DNA from: Nitrospirales bacterium
GTDB lineage: Bacteria; Nitrospirota; Nitrospiria; Nitrospirales; NS-4
Assembly: GCA_036505795.1 (NCBI GenBank)
Contig: DASXSU010000049.1
Span: forward strand, 3,980 to 67,979
Length of the DNA stretch: 64,000 bases
Direction: 5' to 3'
Notes under the pieces: model-generated
Told to the model about the DNA's origin: nothing
Databases searched by the model: none
What the model saw: the letters and a program-made list of their open reading frames with translations, nothing else
Translations under genes and position numbers: made by a program
Part shown: positions 17,862-25,917 of the stretch, in pieces
Position numbering within the stretch: the first letter of the stretch is position 1
Layout: the number at the start of each line of letters is the position of its first letter

Positions 17862-18104
17862 TTATGACTCTTTCTTATAGCCGCGACTCTGCATGCACTG
17901 GTCGAGATCCGCGGTAAAATGCGGAGACTCCAAGTCGGTTCCGTATTTTTCTGTGATTAGCTTGCGGCATTCGGCGTAGTCACGCCTCATCTCCTCATCC
18001 GATTTTCCTTGCTGATACCAGTGAGGAGTCGAGGCGCACGCCGGCAGAAAACAAAGCCAGCAGAACAGGACGACCGCGTATCGAAATTTCACTTTCCGAG
18101 CCAT
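17862..18104 (-). CDS. small predicted lipoprotein, paralogue of 448..726
   Basis: Lipobox FLPA|C. Contains GKSDEEMRRDYAEC ... CMQSRGY. Confidence 0.55.
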   Translation of the reverse strand: MARKVKFRYAVVLFCWLCFLPACASTPHWYQQGKSDEEMRRDYAECRKLITEKYGTDLESPHFTADLDQCMQSRGYKKES

Positions 18105-18110
18105 CCCCGT

Positions 18111-18668
18111 TTACTTGTTGCCTTCTCCCAGGCTTCGTTCATAGAGGAGTACTTTCCAGCCGTCCTCCTCGTTGAGGAATTGCCCGACGATCGGGAGCAT
18201 CCCCGTACCCGGGATCTGGCCGGTTTGACCCAGGCTGCCGTTCTTCAGTACCCACATCATCTCGCCCGGCGTTCTTACTTTATTGAAACGGGGATTGGTG
18301 AAGTCCCTGGGTTGGATGGGAAGCACCTTTGCAGCCCCACCGTCGCCCTTGCCTTCGGGGCCATGGCACTGAAAACAGGTGCCGCGATCGAGGAAGATCG
18401 CTTTGCCTTCCGCCAGAATTTCCGGCGTCGGTTGAAATGGAGGCTTTAAGGCTTTGGCCGCGGCTCGGTCGGCGACAGGGACTCGGGATAGGGTAATATC
18501 GAATTCGCCGCTTGGCTGTCCATAACCGGCCGGTGGGATCGCGGACGCGAGCCCTGAGACAAGAAGGGTGGTGGCGAGGATGCCGGCCAGGAGGAAAATT
18601 GCGATCACAGCGCGCCTGATGTCTCTGGAGAGCAGGGATGATACATCGATTCGGATGCCACGTGTCAT
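18111..18668 (-). CDS. membrane-anchored monohaem c-type cytochrome
   Basis: N-terminal TM (AVIAIFLLAGILATTLLV) and haem motif CFQCHGPEGKGDG. Confidence 0.75.
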   Translation of the reverse strand: MTRGIRIDVSSLLSRDIRRAVIAIFLLAGILATTLLVSGLASAIPPAGYGQPSGEFDITLSRVPVADRAAAKALKPPFQPTPEILAEGKAIFLDRGTCFQCHGPEGKGDGGAAKVLPIQPRDFTNPRFNKVRTPGEMMWVLKNGSLGQTGQIPGTGMLPIVGQFLNEEDGWKVLLYERSLGEGNK

Positions 18669-18686
18669 GTCACTCCTCGCAAAAAG

Positions 18687-19472
18687 TTATGCATGATGCC
18701 TCTGGACGTACCATAACATGAACAGGCCCAGTAAGAGCATGGGCAAACTGAGGATCTGTCCCATTGAAATAACGCCGCCGAACAATCCGAGATGCGCATC
18801 TGGTTCACGAAAGAATTCTACAAAGATCCGGCAGGCCGCGTAGCCCGTAATGAAAGTCCAGAAAAGCACGCCCGGCGAATGAGGGCGCCGATCCACAATC
18901 ATCACCACGGCAAAAAGCAGGACGCCCTCCAGGAGGGCCTCGTACAGTTGCGAGGGATGGCGGCACATCGGTCCGCCGCCGCTCGCTTCAAATACCATGC
19001 ACCATGGCACGTCGGTCGGGCGTCCGAATAATTCGCCGTTGATGAAGTTACCGAGTCGTCCTAGCCCCAATCCGATAGGGGCGGTCGGTGTCGCGAGGTC
19101 GGCCAAGCTGTAGAAGGGATATCCTTTCCTTCGACAAAAAATCCATCCGGCGATAATGACGCCGATCAGCCCCCCGTGGAAAGACATGCCGCCTTCCCAG
19201 ACGGCGAAGAGTTTAAAAGGGTGATCAATGTAGTAGGGTAGATTATAGAAGAGCGTATAGCCGAGACGCCCGCCCAGGATCACACCGATTGCCGCGTAAA
19301 GAATCAGGTCGTGGAGGTCATTGACCGGAAGCGCGATTTTCCGCTGGGCGGCGCGAACCTTAATGAGAAAGAAGGCCGCGGTCAATCCCAAGACATACAT
19401 GAGCCCGTACCAGCGGACGGCGATCGGGCCGAATCGAATCAAAACCGGATCAATATGAGGATTGGGAATCAC
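18687..19472 (-). CDS. lgt: prolipoprotein diacylglyceryl transferase
   Basis: RWYGLMYVLG, GGMSFHGGLIG, GRLGNFINGELFGRPTDVPW. Confidence 0.93.
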   Translation of the reverse strand: MIPNPHIDPVLIRFGPIAVRWYGLMYVLGLTAAFFLIKVRAAQRKIALPVNDLHDLILYAAIGVILGGRLGYTLFYNLPYYIDHPFKLFAVWEGGMSFHGGLIGVIIAGWIFCRRKGYPFYSLADLATPTAPIGLGLGRLGNFINGELFGRPTDVPWCMVFEASGGGPMCRHPSQLYEALLEGVLLFAVVMIVDRRPHSPGVLFWTFITGYAACRIFVEFFREPDAHLGLFGGVISMGQILSLPMLLLGLFMLWYVQRHHA

Positions 19473-19518
19473 GGGTCGCCCATCCTAGATAGCTGCAGGC
19501 CGGTTTGCAAGCGGTGGC

Positions 19519-19740
19519 TTGACGCCGGCCGAATACTTCGATACAGAGAGATCTGGACAGCTGTCTGTGAGGAACCGAATCGTGGAAGGCAAGCGTGCGT
19601 ACAGTCTCTATGACGCGATTCGGCGCGTGCTCGACCCTTTACGCCGAGATTGGGACACTTTTACCCAGGAGGAGCGCGAGCTGATTATTCGAGAATTGGA
19701 AGGATTTGTCCGCACCGTCAAGCCACCGGACGAGCGCTAA
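19519..19740 (+). CDS. hypothetical protein
   Basis: 73-aa ORF with a non-ATG start. Its 3' end overlaps the convergent gene by 4 nt. Confidence 0.3.
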   Translation: MTPAEYFDTERSGQLSVRNRIVEGKRAYSLYDAIRRVLDPLRRDWDTFTQEERELIIRELEGFVRTVKPPDER

Positions 19741-20576
19741 CTTATCACCACCCCGGCATAGCCGACGACGCGATTCAGATCACCGCTGATTTCAGCAGAA
19801 GTGGCATAGCGAATCACATCGAGATTTTGTGCCCGCAGCAGCCGGGCGGCATGTAACACCGCAGTCGTCGCTCCATAACCGCACATCGTGATGTTTTCCC
19901 GTTCGACCGTGCGGTGGAACATCTGTTCATCCAGAGTCTTGAGGACATCGAGGGCGACGCGATCTTGACGACGTGCAAAGGCATCGGCTGTGAGGCCTGC
20001 TGGCGGCGATTGGCCGAAGCCTGGACCGCAATGGGTCATGTCGGTGCTGGCGATGAGTATAGGGGGTTCTTCCCGCGCCTTTGCGACCGCCGCGAGCGCG
20101 CGGCCAAGCGCCAGGCAGCTTCGAAGGTCGCGAACACCGACCAGAATCGGCAGGATTTGAATATCAGGACGGCGGGCAAGAAGAAAGGGCAGCTGGACCT
20201 CTAAACAGTGCTCATACTGGTGGGCCAGGTAGTCCGCAGCGGCATCCACGCAAGCGGCAAGGAAATTCTGTGCGAGGTCTTCGACAATCGGCACAAGGCC
20301 TCCCGGTACTGCCCAGTCGCCTTTTGCGTATACCGAAAGCGGCGATCCGTGACCGGTATGGTTGGGCCCTACGAGAATGGCCGTGCGAGGAAAACTCACG
20401 CGGCTGTAGACAGCCCCGGCCACCTTGCCGGAATACATCAGACCCGCGTGAGGACAGACAATGGCAATGGCGGAAACGGAATTGGCTTGGGGCTCGAGAA
20501 GTGATTGGACCTGTTGATGCAGGCCCTTAGCCGAGGCGTCATAAAAACTGCCGGCGTGCGCAGGTGGACGCGTCAC
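19737..20576 (-). CDS. Memo-like protein (AmmeMemoRadiSam system protein B family)
   Basis: PAHAGSFYD, VCPHAGLMYSG, HTGHG and STDMTHCG are characteristic Memo/LigB-like His motifs. Confidence 0.85.
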   Translation of the reverse strand: MTRPPAHAGSFYDASAKGLHQQVQSLLEPQANSVSAIAIVCPHAGLMYSGKVAGAVYSRVSFPRTAILVGPNHTGHGSPLSVYAKGDWAVPGGLVPIVEDLAQNFLAACVDAAADYLAHQYEHCLEVQLPFLLARRPDIQILPILVGVRDLRSCLALGRALAAVAKAREEPPILIASTDMTHCGPGFGQSPPAGLTADAFARRQDRVALDVLKTLDEQMFHRTVERENITMCGYGATTAVLHAARLLRAQNLDVIRYATSAEISGDLNRVVGYAGVVIS

Positions 20577-20584
20577 GAGGGCAC

Positions 20585-21490
20585 TCAGGCGGGGCGTTCT
20601 GCGACCATGCTCGCGAGAAAAGGGGCCGGCTCACGCCCCGTTCGATCATGCTGCCCTTCCCGGTACGCGAGGACCCGAAGTCCCGAGAACAGCGAGAGGA
20701 GCTCGTTGTGCTCAAGACAGAATTCCCGATGGCGCGGATGATTGAAGCGAAGGTGGTTGTCGATCAGAAATGTTTCATACACGACGATGCCGCTAGGTCG
20801 AAGTGACTGGATGATCGATGGAATCAGGTTCCGTTGGAGATAGTAGAAGACAACCACTAGGTCAAAGGTTTCGACCGGAATCGACGGCTCTCGCTCAAGA
20901 TCGACCACGCGAGTTTTAATGGAAAGACCGCAAGCCCCCGCCCTGGCGGCCAGCGCCTCCAGGCCTTGCTCATCACGGTCCCACGCATCCACCTCAAAAC
21001 CTTCCTGGGCAAGATACAGGGCGTTACGGCCCTGTCCCGCTGCAAGGTCAAGCGCCCGTCCAGTCTTCACGAGAGCCCGGTGCTCGACCAGCCACCATGC
21101 CGCAGATTGCTCGCCCCCGTGGTGACCCGTTAACGACGGCAGGGCGAGCCGCGCGCCGACGGACCCTACGGTGTGATGGATCGGCGGACGTAATTTCCGG
21201 ACCCACAGTGACACCTGACTGACGGGGTATGCTGCCAAAATCGTCTGGGCCAGTCTTTGCCCTAGCGTTTCGATCAGGACGAACTGTTCCCGTTTCGCGA
21301 TGGTCACAATCGTATCGGCGACCGCTGCGTAGTCTACCGTGTCTTTCAGATCGTCTGTGGACGAGGCCCTGGAAAAATCGAGAAACAACTCAATATCGAC
21401 CGCTAGGGGCTGGGGCGCAGTCCGCTCCTCTGGCTCTATACCGACGAAGCCTTCAAATTCCAAATGCTCGATCACCAATCGATCAGTCAT
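20585..21490 (-). CDS. fusion of dihydroneopterin aldolase (FolB-like) and a class I SAM-dependent methyltransferase
   Basis: N-terminus LVIEHLEFEGFVGIEPEER...DTVDYAAVADTIV...LIETL (FolB). C-terminus ALDLAAGQGRNALYLA (motif I), VVFYYL and TehB/TPMT-like. The ATG at 21490 (MTDRL) is preferred over the track start at 21688. Confidence 0.75.
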   Translation of the reverse strand: MTDRLVIEHLEFEGFVGIEPEERTAPQPLAVDIELFLDFSRASSTDDLKDTVDYAAVADTIVTIAKREQFVLIETLGQRLAQTILAAYPVSQVSLWVRKLRPPIHHTVGSVGARLALPSLTGHHGGEQSAAWWLVEHRALVKTGRALDLAAGQGRNALYLAQEGFEVDAWDRDEQGLEALAARAGACGLSIKTRVVDLEREPSIPVETFDLVVVFYYLQRNLIPSIIQSLRPSGIVVYETFLIDNHLRFNHPRHREFCLEHNELLSLFSGLRVLAYREGQHDRTGREPAPFLASMVAERPA

Positions 21491-21733
21491 TGCAAGCGCC
21501 TGACTTCCTTGAACATGCCGGTATCTTTTGACAAGCACAGATGGATTGTCAAGGAACGATAACGGCCGGCACGTTCTTTGAACCCATTGGCTCCCCGGCA
21601 AGGCAGAACCTGCGACCTGCCTCGCTCGATCGTGTAGATGCTTGCCTGCCACGATAGCCATTTTTACTTTTATCCCTCGAATCCTCATGAAGGGCCGGGA
21701 AGTATTGGCGAAAAGGGTGTCTGGGTTTGGGGC

Positions 21734-21763
21734 TTGACTTGGATTCTAACGGGCTTTCATAAT
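21734..21763 (+). promoter_or_regulatory. sigma-70-like promoter for the moa operon
   Basis: TTGACT-18 nt-CATAAT, followed by GGGAGG and an in-frame GTG at 21796. Confidence 0.4.
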
Positions 21764-21777
21764 CAAAAATTCCACCC

Positions 21778-22305
21778 TTGGGGAGGTGTGGGAGCGTGGC
21801 GGAGTTCACCCATTTCAATGCAGCCGGTCGGGCGCGCATGGTGGATGTGTCGGAGAAAGCCGAGACGGCCCGGACGGCTACCGCGCAAGCGCGGGTCCTC
21901 ATGCAACCCGAGACTCTTGAGAAGATTCGTCGTGGGAAGATCGCGAAGGGCGATGTATTGGCAGTAGCGCAGACTGCCGGAATTATGGGTGCGAAGCGGA
22001 CCCCCGATCTTGTCCCCATGTGCCATCCCCTGTTGATCACCGGCGTCGATATTGATTTCAAAGAGGAACCCCAACCGGATAGCCAAGGTTTATGCAGCAT
22101 TACCGTCTTAGGGACTGTTAAAACCACCGGCCAAACGGGCGTTGAGATGGAGGCGATGACGGCGGTTGCCGTAGCGGCGCTCACCATTTATGATATGTGC
22201 AAAGCAGTGGACCGGGCCATGGTCTTTACAGATGTGTGCCTATTGCAAAAGGCGGGCGGTAAATCCGGCCGGTATGTCCGCGATGAAAAGGGTTCAGCAT
22301 CGTGA
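21778..22305 (+). CDS. moaC: cyclic pyranopterin monophosphate synthase MoaC
   Basis: FTHFNAAGRARMVDVS, AKRTPDLVPMCHPL, GVEMEAMTAV. The likely true start is GTG 21796. Confidence 0.9.
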   Translation: MGRCGSVAEFTHFNAAGRARMVDVSEKAETARTATAQARVLMQPETLEKIRRGKIAKGDVLAVAQTAGIMGAKRTPDLVPMCHPLLITGVDIDFKEEPQPDSQGLCSITVLGTVKTTGQTGVEMEAMTAVAVAALTIYDMCKAVDRAMVFTDVCLLQKAGGKSGRYVRDEKGSAS

Positions 22306-22988
22306 TCAAGCTTAAGCTCTTCGGCCTGCTCAAAACTCTTGCGGACAACCAGACCGAGATGTCGGTTCCGTTAGAAGGCGGCAGACAGGTCTCCGACCTG
22401 GTCGGGATTCTGGATAAGGACTATCCGGCCATGGCCGAGCTCATTCATAAGAAAAAGGTGCTGATTTCTGTTAATCAGGAGATCGCCCATCCAGAAACCG
22501 TCATCCAGGAGGGAGATGAGGTGGCGCTGCTGCCTCCTTTCGCCGGCGGGACTCCGTGTGATGACGAGGAATTTGTCCGAGTTCAGGCCGAGGACTTTTC
22601 CATTGACGCCGAGCTTGCCCGGATTCGCGCGCGCTCCACGCGGATCGGCGGCATTGCAATTTTCTTGGGCACCGCACGGGATCGATCTAAAGGGCGGGAT
22701 GTGAGCGGGATTAAGTTTGAGTACTACGAAGGGATGGCTCAGAAGAAGCTTCGTGAGATCCGCGAACGTGCGCTCAAGGATTTCGACGTGATCGACGTGC
22801 TGATCGTCCACCGATACGGCGACATCGATATTGGACGGAACATCGTCCTGGTGATTGCGGCGGCCGAGCATCGGGCTGAGGCGTTCCGGGCGTGCAAATG
22901 GAGTATCGATGAACTGAAACAGATCACGCCGATCTGGAAGCAGGAGACGACTCCGGAAGGCGAAATCTGGGTAGAGGAGCATCCATGA
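22302..22988 (+). CDS. fused molybdopterin synthase MoaD-MoaE
   Basis: Residues 1-83 are a ThiS/MoaD-like ubiquitin fold ending ...LLPPFAGG. The remainder is MoaE-like (IGGIAIFLGTAR, EYYEGMA, IVHRYG, ELKQITPIWKQE). Confidence 0.85.
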   Translation: MIKLKLFGLLKTLADNQTEMSVPLEGGRQVSDLVGILDKDYPAMAELIHKKKVLISVNQEIAHPETVIQEGDEVALLPPFAGGTPCDDEEFVRVQAEDFSIDAELARIRARSTRIGGIAIFLGTARDRSKGRDVSGIKFEYYEGMAQKKLREIRERALKDFDVIDVLIVHRYGDIDIGRNIVLVIAAAEHRAEAFRACKWSIDELKQITPIWKQETTPEGEIWVEEHP

Positions 22989-24037
22989 GTTCGACGCCCA
23001 TGCCTGACGTAAAGGATGTCTTCGGGCGACCGCTGCGCAGCCTGCGACTGTCCGTCACGGACCGATGCAACCTGCGATGCAAATATTGCATGCCGGAGGA
23101 CGAGTACGCCTGGTTGCCCCGTGAGACGCTGCTCACGTTTGAGGAAATGAACAGGCTCACCCAGATTTTCACCGAACTCGGCGTGGACAAGGTCCGGCTG
23201 ACCGGCGGCGAGCCGCTTTTGCGCAAGGATCTTGCGACGTTGATGCGACTGTTGTTGCAGAACTCCCGGATTTTAGACCTCGCGCTGACGACGAACGGGA
23301 TCTTGCTGGCCGAACAGGCGCAGGCCTTCTACGACGCCGGTTTACATCGCATTACCGTGAGCTTGGACACGCTGAAAGCCGAGCGCTTTAAGGCTCTGAC
23401 GAAACGAGACACGCACCGCCAAGTGCTCGAGGGCATTGAGGCTGTCGGACGGGTGGGATTTACCGGCCTGAAACTGGACACGGTCGCCATCCGGGGTTTC
23501 AATGATGATGAATTAGTGGACCTGATCGAGTATGGGAAGCGCGTTCGGGGAGAGGTCCGCTTCATTGAATATATGGACGTCGGAGGGGCGACGGAATGGT
23601 CCATGGAAAAGGTCCTGTCCCGCGCGATGATTCTTGACGCGCTTGGGCGACACTACGGCAGCATCGAGCCCGTTCTGGAAGAGAGCTCCGCGCCGGCTCA
23701 ACGGTTTCTTCTTCCTGACGGCACGACCTTCGGGATCATCCCCTCAACCACCACACCGTTCTGCTCCACCTGTGATCGCAGCCGTCTCACCGCCGATGGC
23801 ATGTGGTATCTGTGCCTGTACGCCAAAGATGGAATCGATTTACGCCAACCCCTGCGAGCCGGGGCTTCGCCCGATGACATCAAAGACCTCATCCGTTCGG
23901 TCTGGCAGGGCCGGAAAGATCGAGGTGCCGAGGAGCGCAAAGCTCTTGAGCGCTTCGGCAGGCGGGAAGAGCGGCTGATCGAAATCGAACGGCTTCGTCG
24001 GGATCCACACCTCGAGATGCATGCCAGAGGGGGATGA
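22985..24037 (+). CDS. moaA: GTP 3',8-cyclase MoaA (radical SAM)
   Basis: CNLRCKYCMP radical-SAM cluster, LTGGEPLL, C-terminal CSTCDRSRLTADG second cluster. Confidence 0.93.
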   Translation: MSSTPMPDVKDVFGRPLRSLRLSVTDRCNLRCKYCMPEDEYAWLPRETLLTFEEMNRLTQIFTELGVDKVRLTGGEPLLRKDLATLMRLLLQNSRILDLALTTNGILLAEQAQAFYDAGLHRITVSLDTLKAERFKALTKRDTHRQVLEGIEAVGRVGFTGLKLDTVAIRGFNDDELVDLIEYGKRVRGEVRFIEYMDVGGATEWSMEKVLSRAMILDALGRHYGSIEPVLEESSAPAQRFLLPDGTTFGIIPSTTTPFCSTCDRSRLTADGMWYLCLYAKDGIDLRQPLRAGASPDDIKDLIRSVWQGRKDRGAEERKALERFGRREERLIEIERLRRDPHLEMHARGG

Positions 24038-24055
24038 CGGGCCACCGTCCGTCTC

Positions 24056-24754
24056 ATGCTTGAATCCCACCTGCTCTCCCTTCTTTTCCTGGGTTTTCTC
24101 CTGGGCATCAGACACGCGTTGGACGCCGACCATGTTGTGGCGATCCTGACCATCGCGACGGAGAATCAGTCCGTGTGGCGCTCCTCTCTCATTGGATTTT
24201 GCTGGGGCGTGGGGCATACCCTTATCTTACTGCTGGTTGGAGCAGGCGTCCTGCTCTTCAAAGTGACAATTCCGTCGGCGTGGGAAAAAGCGTTCGAGGC
24301 GGGTGTGGGAGTGATGCTTCTTGGCCTGGGGGTGTCCGTGGCGGTCACGCTGTGGCGAGAGCGCATCCATCTGCACACGCACCGGCATGATGCCGGCGAG
24401 CAGCACCGCCATTTCCATTCGCATCGCCATGGCGCCCAGCATGATCATCTCCATCGATTTCGCTTGGAGTACAAATCACTATTCGTAGGCATGGTGCATG
24501 GGCTTGCTGGTAGCGCGGCCCTGCTCATTCTCGTGCTTGCAACGGTATCTTCCTTAGAATCCGGCATTCTCTACATCCTGGTCTTTGGCAGCGGATCCAT
24601 ACTCGGGATGGTCCTCTTAGCGACGGCCATGAGCATTCCCTTCACGATGAGCGCAGAGAAGATGGCGCGCGTCCATCAAGCATTGCGCGCAACCGCCGCC
24701 CTCGTGAGCATTGTGCTGGGGAGCCGCATCCTCTTCGAATGGCTGGTGGTGTGA
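24056..24754 (+). CDS. membrane protein with a NiCoT-type HX4DH signature and a His-rich loop (putative metal transporter)
   Basis: GIRHALDADHVVAI in the first TM. About 6 TM in total. Central loop HLHTHRHDAGEQHRHFHSHRHGAQHDHLH. Confidence 0.55.
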   Translation: MLESHLLSLLFLGFLLGIRHALDADHVVAILTIATENQSVWRSSLIGFCWGVGHTLILLLVGAGVLLFKVTIPSAWEKAFEAGVGVMLLGLGVSVAVTLWRERIHLHTHRHDAGEQHRHFHSHRHGAQHDHLHRFRLEYKSLFVGMVHGLAGSAALLILVLATVSSLESGILYILVFGSGSILGMVLLATAMSIPFTMSAEKMARVHQALRATAALVSIVLGSRILFEWLVV

Positions 24755-24916
24755 GGGTGTTCGATTGACTTACGGCGGTGTTTTGTCTAGGCTGAACTCT
24801 GATGAAGGCTCTGCAGAACCGCCTGCATCCATTGTCGGTCTCCTCGGGAATTTTCTCACCTCCGGACTGGCGTTTCGTAAAAACGACAGCTGTGCGACAA
24901 TCCGGCATCATAAATT

Positions 24917-25876
24917 ATGGCGAATAAAAAAGACCGGCTCACAAGCGAGTTAAGCAAGTACGTTGGCTTGGGCCAATGGGCGAAAGCGGTTCAGGCCCTG
25001 GAATCCTTGATCCAGCTTGAGCCGGCCAATCCGCATTATTTTCTCCGCATGGGGGATTATTCGTCGAAGGCCGGTAACAAAGCGGGGGCGATCAAGCACT
25101 ATTATCAAGCGGCGGACATCTATACGAAGGCCGGATTTATGGTCAAGGCCATCGCCACGTACAAAATGATTCTCAAGATCGCGCCCGGCGAAACGCAGGC
25201 CGCAGCTCGTATAAAGTCGGTCAATACGGTGTCCGGCGGCATCGTCTTCGATGCCGGGGTTTCAGAATCTCCGCAGACATTAAATGAAAGCCCAGATTCT
25301 CCGGCGATTGCGGAGTATGAACCAGAGAGGGTGGTGCCTGCCGAAGAGGCGTTTTCCCCCTTGTCTGAGGCTCTCAAGGACAATCTTGAACTCGGCGATC
25401 CTGCTGGTCCAGTGACTTCCCTGCCATCCTCCGCGTCGGCAAAACCTATCGCTGTGATGAACCTGACGGAAAAGAGAAATATCGACCAACTCTTCGCCAA
25501 CTTTACTCAAGAAGAATTCGGAGCCATTGTGGAGAAGCTGGAACCGATGGAGTTTATGGATGGGGAACGGATCATCGCCGAAGGCGATCAGGGAAACGGC
25601 ATGTACCTGATCACGCGTGGCAGCGGCAAAGTGGTGCAGGACCACAAAGGAGAGGAAGCGGAGTTGTGTGAGCTCGGAGAAGGCGAATTCTTTGGCGATC
25701 TCTCGCTGACCACCGGGTCACGGAGCGCATCGGTTTTTGCCAAAGGTGAAACGGAAGTCTTGCACCTCAAATCTTCGGACCTCTTGCAGGTGATCAAGCA
25801 GTACCCGCGACTGGAAAGCGTCCTCGAGCAATTCGCCTGCGCGATGCGTACAAAGATGCGAGCTCTGCCTGAGTAA
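24917..25876 (+). CDS. TPR-like N-terminus plus cyclic-nucleotide-binding domain protein
   Basis: C-terminus FMDGERIIAEGDQGNGMYLITRGSGKV...GEGEFFGDLSL..GSRSASVFA (cNMP-binding beta-roll with a conserved RSA-type phosphate-binding cassette). Confidence 0.8.
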   Translation: MANKKDRLTSELSKYVGLGQWAKAVQALESLIQLEPANPHYFLRMGDYSSKAGNKAGAIKHYYQAADIYTKAGFMVKAIATYKMILKIAPGETQAAARIKSVNTVSGGIVFDAGVSESPQTLNESPDSPAIAEYEPERVVPAEEAFSPLSEALKDNLELGDPAGPVTSLPSSASAKPIAVMNLTEKRNIDQLFANFTQEEFGAIVEKLEPMEFMDGERIIAEGDQGNGMYLITRGSGKVVQDHKGEEAELCELGEGEFFGDLSLTTGSRSASVFAKGETEVLHLKSSDLLQVIKQYPRLESVLEQFACAMRTKMRALPE

Positions 25877-25917
25877 TTACGATCTTGATCTCAAGCGGGG
25901 CCTGCGGAGACTGTTGA

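Noticed and set aside
21491-21795. A Moco riboswitch upstream of moaC.
   Set aside because: The best promoter (TTGACT-18-CATAAT at 21734..21763) leaves a leader of only about 25-30 nt. I could not recognise the conserved Moco-motif elements in the 287-nt spacer. I cannot run a covariance model, so this is not fully excluded.
19737-24037. A complete AmmeMemoRadiSam system, with moaA as the radical-SAM partner.
   Set aside because: The radical-SAM protein has both MoaA-specific clusters and sits in a moaC-moaDE-moaA operon on the other strand. No AMMECR1-like gene is present. Only the Memo-like B component is here.
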